DNA of 64,000 nt from Gammaproteobacteria bacterium (GTDB taxonomy: Bacteria; Pseudomonadota; Gammaproteobacteria; Eutrophobiales; Eutrophobiaceae): the NCBI GenBank assembly GCA_011772965.1, contig WVYN01000014.1:161002-225001 (forward strand). Reading direction: 5' to 3'. The notes under the pieces are model-generated. The model was not told where the DNA came from. It ran no database searches and was given only the letters and a program-made list of their open reading frames with translations. The position numbers were made by a program, and so were the translations under genes. Positions 48,167 to 57,493 of this stretch are shown piece after piece; the first letter of the stretch is position 1; each line of letters begins with the position of its first letter.

Positions 48167-48619
48167 CTAGCTCCCGGCACGACAGGTACCGGATAGAATC
48201 ATGCCAATGGACGTATGGTAAAAATATGGGTTCTCGACGAGATCACTATTCGATAATTGATTGTTAATTTGGAGCAGCGCATAGGTTCCGGTTTCGGGAA
48301 AGAAGGTAAATGCAGTCAGGGGTCGTTCTTGATGATCACCATTCAATAACAACGGCTCATGTTCAACGTCAAAATTACTCAGCCTCTCTTTCAAAGCGGT
48401 AGTGCTGAGCACCTTGCCGCTTGCGATATCAACAGTGAATTCCCGGTTCTGGTAGTTTGCTGCCCAGCCATGGCGGACAAAATGACCTTTGTCATTTATC
48501 TTTGAGACATTCTTAATGGAACAGATATATTCTGTATTGCCTAGGGCGGCAGTTGGTACAGTGAGTATCAACAATGTGAAAATATGCAAACTACCTATTT
48601 TAACAAGCAATGACTCCAT
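48167..48619 (-). CDS. Hypothetical secreted protein
   Basis: A 150-aa ORF with a signal peptide. No family was recognised. Confidence 0.4.
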   Translation of the reverse strand: MESLLVKIGSLHIFTLLILTVPTAALGNTEYICSIKNVSKINDKGHFVRHGWAANYQNREFTVDIASGKVLSTTALKERLSNFDVEHEPLLLNGDHQERPLTAFTFFPETGTYALLQINNQLSNSDLVENPYFYHTSIGMILSGTCRAGS

Positions 48620-49992
48620 GACACTCTCCGTGATTGAGTATTTAAAGTTTATGACAGATATGTTCTGTTATGAGTTCAAAATCCTGCTTTAATGTGGATT
48701 GCTATCAGGAAGTAAATAAACTGAATTTCTCTGAAGATTTGAATATCTGAATGCAGAAATATAACTGCAAGAAGATAATTAAATTATCATAAGGATAATG
48801 GAATTCTGAATACAACATTCAATGTTGAGATTGATAAAAAGGATAACTGAATAAACGCCTTCAAAAATGTCATTAAGGAAAGCCTAATCGGTATGGTAGA
48901 TGCTATCAGCGATAAAAAAAATAACTGGAAGAAATCAAGGCCCTGGGCCATACAGGCAAAAAGCAAGAGGATCGGACCTCGATAACAATTTATTCTATAA
49001 ACTGAGGCCTCGTCATCATTAGTACATCTGCGCCGGTTTTCACCCGAATAGATTCCTGTCTGGCCTCCTGGCTCTGATCACTAATGTCACCTTGTTTTTT
49101 AGCACAAATTTCATTCAACTAACCTCCGCGAAAAAATGGATGTATGGTAAAACTGCACTGGATTTTTTATTTCAAAAAGATATATCGATCATTTTTTGGA
49201 TATATAAGTAAGAGATTGATTACTTTTAGAAAATTATTTCCGCTTAGTGCAGTTAATTATTAATTTCTGATGTTAGAGACATCTCATAAAGTAGCTTATG
49301 AAATTTAGTAGTGTAAATATCTGTTAAAACAAAAAACATTTTTTCTCACACTAAGGTATCAATCCAATAGCGATAAAATAAATAATCAAATACACCTTTT
49401 GGAGGATGATTTTATTCCGGGTTATGGAGTACATTACGCATATCTCAAGGACAAGCTACATGGGAAAATACACAGAACTGTATCGATTAAAGGATTTTGT
49501 TATCACGGAGAGTACCGGTGAAAACGATCAACCTGTATATCACATCAGGACCAGGGACGGTGAAATAGTCAGCAGGGAATATCATTCGCCCCACGAACCC
49601 GTCGAGTTGATGGAGTACATTCGGGTCAGGATCTAACATCCATTTCTTTTGTTATAATTAGTTTGCTCGTTTAAAAGCCTGTTTAATGTGGTAAATGTAC
49701 CGATAACATATTCTTTCCTTTAAATTTTATTCTAATAATACTTTTGGATTAAAAATACCGGGCAAATTGAGTCCGGCGGGCCATTTTATACAGACAGTGT
49801 ATCTATTCTGTTAAATTGTGTTCGGTTAATTATCCTAAAATAAAGATTTACTTAGCCTGCACTGTTAATAATCAACCACGCAATATACTAAATCACAAAT
49901 ATTGCCATCCTATTGGCGATAGAATATAGCCTGAATAAACCTTAATAAGTCATAATATGCAGCAAAAATACTTGCGAACAAGGATTTAAAAT

Positions 49993-50757
49993 ATGAGAAG
50001 CATCAGACTGGTTTCATTTCGGACTTTTTTATGTTTTGTGTCACTTTCCCTCGCAATAATTTCATCGGCACTAGCTGCTGACAAAAACCTGAAGCTGGCC
50101 CTTGAACACTGGCCGCCCTATATCGACAGGAGTTTACCAGAGTATGGTATGGCGGCTGATATTGTCATCACAGCCCTTGACAGAGCTGGTTATACAACCA
50201 GTATCACATTTGCGAACTGGGCACTCATACTACAGGGCACTGGTATTGGTGTTTATGATGTGATTGCCGCTGCCTGGTATAGTAAACAAAGGGAAGCACA
50301 ATTCGAATATAGTGAGCCTTATCTGTATAACAAAATCAAATTCATCAAGCACAGGAGAAGCTCAATTGAATACAGGAGTCTTGATGATCTCAGAGGTCAA
50401 ATCATTGGTGTCGTTTATAATTACGCTTATTCCCCGGAATTTGACAGAAGTGATCTGTTTTACAGGATTCCCAGCAATCACTTGATCCAGAACCTTTCCC
50501 TGCTGCAATTGGGAAAGATAGATTTAACACTCGATGATGAACTCGTCATCAAGCATCAGATTAAAACCTACCTGCCCTCCTCCGCAGATCAGTTTGTCAT
50601 TCTGGACAAACCCCTGGATTATAGGGCGCTTCACATGATGGTCAGTCGCTCAAACCCGGAACATAAACAGATTGTGAGTGACTTCAACAAGGCGATAAAG
50701 CAAATGAGAGAAGATGGAACCATGGAACGTATCATCAAGAAATACGCTAACAAGTAA
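49993..50757 (+). CDS. Periplasmic solute-binding protein (family 3 / amino-acid-binding fold)
   Basis: The signal peptide ends ...SSALAADK. The 254-aa protein has the overall SBP_bac_3 architecture. Confidence 0.6.
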   Translation: MRSIRLVSFRTFLCFVSLSLAIISSALAADKNLKLALEHWPPYIDRSLPEYGMAADIVITALDRAGYTTSITFANWALILQGTGIGVYDVIAAAWYSKQREAQFEYSEPYLYNKIKFIKHRRSSIEYRSLDDLRGQIIGVVYNYAYSPEFDRSDLFYRIPSNHLIQNLSLLQLGKIDLTLDDELVIKHQIKTYLPSSADQFVILDKPLDYRALHMMVSRSNPEHKQIVSDFNKAIKQMREDGTMERIIKKYANK

Positions 50758-51013
50758 CGCAGGTAAAGGGGACCAGAAGAAATAAGCAGCCAAAACAAAT
50801 ACCATAATCTAGCGGACGTGTGACACCAATCAAGTTAGGGTATTTACCTAATTGACTGTTATAACAGTCTGTTAGACATTACGGCACTAGCAAACTGTAG
50901 GAAATAAGTTAATTGATAAATAGACTCAGTCTAAATTAATTAGTGCACAAAAATATTGTGCACTATTGATTAATGAGCTAAATTATAGTGTGCAATTCCG
51001 AGAGTGAAGATCC

Positions 51014-51475
51014 ATGTCTAACTACGAAAATCTAAAATTGGATAATCAGTTGTGTTTCGCACTCTATGCTGCAACCAACGCTATCATTCGTTCGTACCGT
51101 CTCCGCCTCAGCAAGGTCGGCCTTACCTATCCCCAGTATCTGATACTCGTGGCATTGTGGGAGACAAATGGAATAACCATCAAGGGTCTGGGTGATCGTT
51201 TGCATCTCGATTCAGGCACCTTGACGCCCATTCTCAAAAGGTTGGAAAGTGTGGGAATCCTGAGTCGTGAACGTAATAAAAACGATGAAAGAGTGGTGAA
51301 TATCCGTTTGACAAAAACGGGGAAGGACCTCGAGCATCAAGTTGCGAAAATACAGAGCGCAGTAGCCTGTGAGACAGGGTTGGAACAACTGGAGTTTGTA
51401 AAACTACGCACAGCCTTGCATGAACTCGCTGCCACGATGATTGAAAAACAGCACGATAGCAAGACGGCAGCTTGA
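51014..51475 (+). CDS. ohrR: MarR-family regulator of the OhrR type (organic hydroperoxide sensor)
   Basis: It has the OhrR hallmark LDNQLCFALY with the sensing Cys near residue 25, and a winged-HTH domain. Confidence 0.7.
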   Translation: MSNYENLKLDNQLCFALYAATNAIIRSYRLRLSKVGLTYPQYLILVALWETNGITIKGLGDRLHLDSGTLTPILKRLESVGILSRERNKNDERVVNIRLTKTGKDLEHQVAKIQSAVACETGLEQLEFVKLRTALHELAATMIEKQHDSKTAA

Positions 51476-51515
51476 CCGTGTCTGGTGAATAATAAATCCT
51501 AAGGAGGTTAAGAAA

Positions 51516-52013
51516 ATGAGTCAAATATCAATTCGAATGATGCTAATCAGCAGTGCAATGATTGCATCCCTATCTCTTGTGTCCACATCAGCAATCGCCG
51601 CAGAGGAAAAGTCCCTCTTTGAGCGACTGGGCGGTACCTATGCCATCGCCCAGACCGTTGATCACCTGGTTAACAAGCTCTACGTGAACAATGGCTTGAA
51701 TGCCAACCCGATTATCAAGGCAATCCATGACGATAAGTCAACCATGCCTGGTTTCAAGGTTATGCTGACCAACTGGGTGGTTGCAAGAACCGGTGGTCCC
51801 AAGATCTATCAGCCGGACATGTTCGGCCGAGGCGTGGGAATGAAGGAAAGCCATGCGCACCTGAATATCAGTAATCGTGAGTTCGATATCATCATGAATG
51901 AATGCAAGAATACTTTCTACACATTTAACGTACCGGAAAAGGAACTCGGTGAGTTGATGGCAGACCTGGAAAGCTTTCGTAATGAAATCGTCACTTTCCC
52001 TCATAAGGAATAA
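51516..52013 (+). CDS. Group I truncated hemoglobin (2/2 Hb) with an N-terminal signal peptide
   Basis: The trHbN B-helix motif SLFERLGG..AI..VDHLVNKL is present. It is preceded by an MLISSAMIASLSLVSTSAIAAEE leader. Confidence 0.65.
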   Translation: MSQISIRMMLISSAMIASLSLVSTSAIAAEEKSLFERLGGTYAIAQTVDHLVNKLYVNNGLNANPIIKAIHDDKSTMPGFKVMLTNWVVARTGGPKIYQPDMFGRGVGMKESHAHLNISNREFDIIMNECKNTFYTFNVPEKELGELMADLESFRNEIVTFPHKE

Positions 52014-52059
52014 GCTTCAGTCCTGAATAACAATCAACAACAAAGCGTTGTAATATTCA

Positions 52060-52083
52060 AGCCCGCAGACGTGGGCTTTTTAT
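52060..52083 (+). terminator. Rho-independent terminator after the globin gene
   Basis: The stem-loop AGCCCGC-AGAC-GUGGGCU is followed by UUUUUA. Confidence 0.6.
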
Positions 52084-52180
52084 TTATATTTTCTGCTTAT
52101 CTACTTTGCCGTTCACTTTAGCTTGAGTTTTCACGGTCAAGGGATTACATATACCATTAAGGCAAGACCGGAGAGAGAAT

Positions 52181-52341
52181 ATGCCAGGATTAGAGGATGA
52201 GAAGCATGCTACGGAAAGCCTGCTGGGAGAACCTGAGCCCTGGGAAAGCTGGGAATCAAAGCTCGTAGCTGCGTGCCTGATTACTGCTATTATCGGCTTG
52301 GTGCTTCTCGGTTGGTTGATACACATCTTTATCCTCAACTA
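52181..52341 (+). CDS. Candidate 53-aa small membrane protein, absent from the ORF track because it is under 60 aa
   Basis: An ATG is preceded by the RBS GGAGAGAG. The acidic N-terminus is followed by one TM helix, LVAACLITAIIGLVLLGWLIHIF. Confidence 0.35.
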
Positions 52342-52352
52342 AGAGGGTATAG

Positions 52353-52643
52353 ATGGCTCCCGAGATTGATATTCCGCTCTCATTTGATGGTACTCATTGG
52401 CTAGCAGGCTTTAATGAAAACCTGTTTCGGGCTTCTGATTTAACTCAACTCGAAAAGTATATTTCAGAAGCAATTTGTCATATTCCTAGCTACACCGATA
52501 AGCCTATTGTAAATATCCGGCTAGTATTTGATAACGATTCACTGCCGGTCTGGTTACGGCAATACCATAGCCATTATTTCAATTACCTGCTTATAGTCCG
52601 GTTGCCAGTGAGCAGTCAAACAACCATGGCAAGCAGATACTAA
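52353..52643 (+). CDS. Hypothetical protein, possibly a HicB-like (DUF1902) antitoxin-type domain
   Basis: FDGTHWLAGF..DLTQLEKYISEAI weakly resembles the HicB N-terminal domain. The protein is 96 aa. Confidence 0.3.
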   Translation: MAPEIDIPLSFDGTHWLAGFNENLFRASDLTQLEKYISEAICHIPSYTDKPIVNIRLVFDNDSLPVWLRQYHSHYFNYLLIVRLPVSSQTTMASRY

Positions 52644-54145
52644 TGGCCACCGTAAATCGGAAATGGAATGACGGCATGCTCAGTACTGAGGACTGGTGGG
52701 CCGTCTGGCTGGGTCTCATCATGTTTTTGGCCGGGATGATGTCTATCTGGGGACTGGATCTTGTCGGCTGGATGGGTAAAACGAAGACTTGGGAATTTAC
52801 CAACCTGTTGGATGATTTTGCCTGGAGTAAACTGATCAAACCGGCTGGCAAATCCTATTCTGATACCGCACCGCTGTTGTCACTTTTTATCACTTATGCC
52901 GTATTCACTACACTGACCTGCATTGGTGCCTGGTTCCAGAAACTCGACGTCAGGAAATTCTTCATCAGCTTTACGATCATTTTCATTCTCACCTGGTTAT
53001 GCTGGATTATCGGCCATGAGGCGCATTTCAAGGCCATTGATGCCGCCGTTAAAGGTAAAAATGTATTCCAGCAATACGATTTGAGCTGGGGTCTGCAACT
53101 TGGTGGTGGATTTTCCTACATGCTGGCACTGGCCGTGGGACTTATTATCGGCAATGTCTTCAAGGGCTTTGCCGCGTTTCTCAAGGAAGCGGCAAAACCG
53201 GAGTGGTTTATAAAAACTGCAATTGTCTATCTCGGTATCAAGCTGGGCCTGATGTCGATGCAGTCCACAGCTTATGTCGTTGAACTCGCACTTGCCGGTG
53301 CAGCTGCCGTGTTTGTAGCCTACCTGCTGTTCTGGCCGATCGTATACTGGCTGGCGCGCCGTGTTTTCCGGTTAAGACGTGACGCCTCGGCGGTGCTTTC
53401 ATCAGGAATTTCTATCTGTGGCGTATCGGCCGCAATCGCAACCGCTGGCGCTATCCGTGCCAAGCCGATATTGCCCGTCACGGTGTCCATGCTGATTGTG
53501 ATCTTCGCCATGATAGAACTTGTGGTTCTACCAACAACCTATACTGCACTGGCACCAAATCAACCGATAGTGAATGGTGCGGCCATGGGAATGACGGTAA
53601 AAACAGACGGTGCCGATGCCGCCGCTGGCGCTATTCTGGATGAATTGATGGTTAGCCAGCATTTACAGAAAACAGGTGAACATTGGCAGGAAGGCTGGAT
53701 ACTGAGTGCTGCCATACTCACCAAGATATGGATAGATGTTTTTATTGGAGTCTGGGCCTTCCTGCTCGCCCTGATCTGGATATACAAGGTAGAACAGAGG
53801 CCTGGACAGGTCACTGTTCAGCTTTCCGAGATATGGTTCCGTTTCCCGAAATTTGTCATTGGCTATTTCATCGCCTGGTTTTTCTATGTCGGCATCGCCG
53901 TTTATTTTCCAGAGGCGATTGAGAACGCCGCGGATGGAGCTAGCGTAGTACAAAGCCCGATGCGAAAAATGATGTTCATGCTGACCTTTGTGAGCATCGG
54001 CATCATAACCGATTTCAGCAAGCTCAAAGGCATGGGCAGGCTTGCTATACTGTATGGCATTGCATTGTTCCTGATAATTGCGCCGATCGCCTATGCCGTT
54101 GCCTGGATTTTTCATCGCGGTATGCTGCCACCGCTTGTTGAATGA
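52643..54145 (+). CDS. Polytopic inner-membrane protein, putative transporter of unrecognised family
   Basis: The 500-aa protein has about 12 predicted TM helices. Its start overlaps the previous ORF's stop. Confidence 0.45.
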   Translation: MATVNRKWNDGMLSTEDWWAVWLGLIMFLAGMMSIWGLDLVGWMGKTKTWEFTNLLDDFAWSKLIKPAGKSYSDTAPLLSLFITYAVFTTLTCIGAWFQKLDVRKFFISFTIIFILTWLCWIIGHEAHFKAIDAAVKGKNVFQQYDLSWGLQLGGGFSYMLALAVGLIIGNVFKGFAAFLKEAAKPEWFIKTAIVYLGIKLGLMSMQSTAYVVELALAGAAAVFVAYLLFWPIVYWLARRVFRLRRDASAVLSSGISICGVSAAIATAGAIRAKPILPVTVSMLIVIFAMIELVVLPTTYTALAPNQPIVNGAAMGMTVKTDGADAAAGAILDELMVSQHLQKTGEHWQEGWILSAAILTKIWIDVFIGVWAFLLALIWIYKVEQRPGQVTVQLSEIWFRFPKFVIGYFIAWFFYVGIAVYFPEAIENAADGASVVQSPMRKMMFMLTFVSIGIITDFSKLKGMGRLAILYGIALFLIIAPIAYAVAWIFHRGMLPPLVE

Positions 54146-54220
54146 TTGAAGCAAGTAGTCAGTTAGTCATTCAGGCAAATAATAATTAACCATAAACTCT
54201 GTGTCTGCTGTAATGTTAAG

Positions 54221-54643
54221 ATGATAAAAATGTACAAGGCTCTGAATATTATCCTGGTTATACTTTTTACCTGTTCCCTTCCTGTCTCCGCCGAACTACT
54301 ACTGGAAACAGAGACTTCATGGGATAGTGGTCGTATCAATTACCCGGATGGCAGGCCCGAAATAACCTCCTTGATTCTCAGACTTGAAGAGGGGGTGATC
54401 ACCAGGTTTCACTGCCACCCGGTACCTACCCTCGGCTATGTCCTGAAAGGAAAAATCAAGGTAGAAACCATTGAGGGCAAAACTGCAGTTTTCTCAGAAG
54501 GTGAATCCGTCGTTGAGGTCATGAATACACTGCACCGGGGAACTGCAGTCGCAGGACCGGTAGAGGTTGTAGTGTTTTATGCCGGTGCCCGGGGCATGCC
54601 GAATACGGTCTACCCTGAAGATTCATCAGATGCTTGCAAATAA
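54221..54643 (+). CDS. Secreted cupin-domain protein
   Basis: It has a signal peptide and a cupin beta-barrel containing FHCHP. Confidence 0.55.
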   Translation: MIKMYKALNIILVILFTCSLPVSAELLLETETSWDSGRINYPDGRPEITSLILRLEEGVITRFHCHPVPTLGYVLKGKIKVETIEGKTAVFSEGESVVEVMNTLHRGTAVAGPVEVVVFYAGARGMPNTVYPEDSSDACK

Positions 54644-54738
54644 GCTTGTATTGCCCGTTTGCCGAGACAACTTTTTAATCCCTTATGGAACTGTAGACCC
54701 GCAAACCGGTCTGTGATTGTATCCCCGAGGAGAAAACT

Positions 54739-55257
54739 ATGGACCGCAGAGATTTTCTGAAACAGCTTGGTGTTATAACCGGTTCTCTACTCATACCCTA
54801 CAGCCATGTCTTTGCCCATGAAGTGAACGAAAATTTAAAATTTACACCCCTGGACAAGCCGGATTCCCAATGGCGCAAATTAGTATCGGCAGACCAGTTT
54901 CACATCCTCTTTGATGAAGGTACCGAACCACCCGGTTCCAGCCCCCTGGACAGGGAGAAACGGGCCGGTACGTTTATCTGTGCGGCCTGCTACCTGCCCT
55001 TATTTGAATCGGAAACGAAATATGACAGCGGCACCGGTTGGCCCAGTTTTTACGAGCCTATTACCGGGCGTGTCGAAACCAAACTGGACCTCAAGCTGGT
55101 CTGGCCACGTACCGAATACCACTGCGCGCGTTGTGGTGGTCATCAAGGCCATGTTTTTAATGACGGTCCCCCGCCCACGGGCAAGCGTTATTGTAATAAC
55201 GGCCTGGCATTAAAGTTTATACCGGCTGATCAATCCCTGCCTGAACTGCGAGGTTAG
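54739..55257 (+). CDS. msrB: Periplasmic (Tat-exported) methionine-R-sulfoxide reductase MsrB
   Basis: The twin-arginine leader MDRRDFLKQLG precedes the SelR motifs GWPSF and CARCGGHQGHVFNDGP and two CxxC pairs. Confidence 0.75.
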   Translation: MDRRDFLKQLGVITGSLLIPYSHVFAHEVNENLKFTPLDKPDSQWRKLVSADQFHILFDEGTEPPGSSPLDREKRAGTFICAACYLPLFESETKYDSGTGWPSFYEPITGRVETKLDLKLVWPRTEYHCARCGGHQGHVFNDGPPPTGKRYCNNGLALKFIPADQSLPELRG

Positions 55258-55258
55258 T

Positions 55259-55843
55259 ATGAGACAACTAGTCTTTTTTCTTTTGATTTCTTTCTCGAGT
55301 TTCAGCGTGTTTGCTGAAACGGCGGTGGCCACCTTTGCCGGCGGTTGTTTCTGGTGCATGGAGCCGCCGTATGACAAGCTGGATGGCGTCATCAGTACCA
55401 CATCAGGCTATACCGGTGGTCACCTGGACAACCCTACTTACAAGCAGGTATCGAGCGGCAAGACCGGTCATTATGAAGCCGTGCAGGTGGAATATGACCC
55501 GGACAGGGTCAGCTACCAGGAGTTACTGGACGTTTTCTGGGCCAATGTTGATCTCTTTGATTCCAAGGGCCAGTTCTGCGACAAGGGACCACAGTACCGG
55601 GCAGCGATTTTTGTCCAGAATGACGAGGAAGAAAAACTCGCCAGGCTAAGCAAACAGGCCCTTGAAGGAAAAACCGGGAAAGGCCTCCAGGTAGTCACGG
55701 AGATCCTGCCGACCAGTACCTTCTATCCCGCCGAGGAGTATCACCAGGATTATTATCAGAAAAATCCTGTCCGCTATAATTATTACCGTTTTGCATGCGG
55801 CAGGGATCGCCGCCTGGAAGATGTGCAGCAATTAATCAATTGA
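55259..55843 (+). CDS. msrA: Secreted (Sec signal) methionine-S-sulfoxide reductase MsrA
   Basis: It has a signal peptide and the MsrA active site AGGCFWC with EPPYD. It begins 1 bp after the msrB stop. Confidence 0.75.
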   Translation: MRQLVFFLLISFSSFSVFAETAVATFAGGCFWCMEPPYDKLDGVISTTSGYTGGHLDNPTYKQVSSGKTGHYEAVQVEYDPDRVSYQELLDVFWANVDLFDSKGQFCDKGPQYRAAIFVQNDEEEKLARLSKQALEGKTGKGLQVVTEILPTSTFYPAEEYHQDYYQKNPVRYNYYRFACGRDRRLEDVQQLIN

Positions 55844-55855
55844 TTGCGGCAAAAT

Positions 55856-56938
<1,083 letters not shown>

Positions 56939-57284
56939 TGCATGCCAGTCTGCTTTCCTCGCCCAAACCCTGTCTTGTGCAGACTATACTTAGAATTTCA
57001 GAGTATCTGAACACCAAAACCTATTGCGTGATATCCGGGTTTATTTTTTTGCTGGTGGCCCTGGCGCACCTGTTGCGAATCTACAATGGCTGGGAGGTTA
57101 ATATTGGCACTGAAATCATACCTATGTGGGTATCGTGATTTGGCTTAATCGTACCGGCCTTTCTGGGAATCTGGGCGTTAGTTCTGGTTAAAACTAAATG
57201 ACAATAATTGTTTTTCACATACGCCAGCAATTTTAACCAATTGATTGCATTCGTCATAAAGACGTTCCATGTCCCCAATATATT

Positions 57285-57318
57285 CGGAGAAAAAATTTCT
57301 ATTGCGGAGAAAAAATTT
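57285..57318. promoter_or_regulatory. Perfect 14-bp direct repeat CGGAGAAAAAATTT x2 (20-bp period) upstream of the MFS transporter gene
   Basis: The repeat occurs at 57285-57298 and 57305-57318, about 175 bp upstream of the ATG at 57494. Confidence 0.35.
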
Positions 57319-57493
57319 AGTTCTATATTTATAGTACTAGAGTGGATATAAGCCCAGAGCGGGCATAAGGAGTATCCCCCCTACGAGCTTAATTTGTTGT
57401 TTTTTACTCCATATTGTTTTATAGCCATGCGCTGTTTCTCTCTGCATGGTTCTTACTCATAAATATGCTGGAATAAGTAGGGGGGCAAAGCAT

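Noticed and set aside
52084-52338. 84-aa minus-strand ORF
   Set aside because: It has no RBS or similarity, and overlaps a better-supported plus-strand miniprotein ORF that has a strong Shine-Dalgarno sequence.
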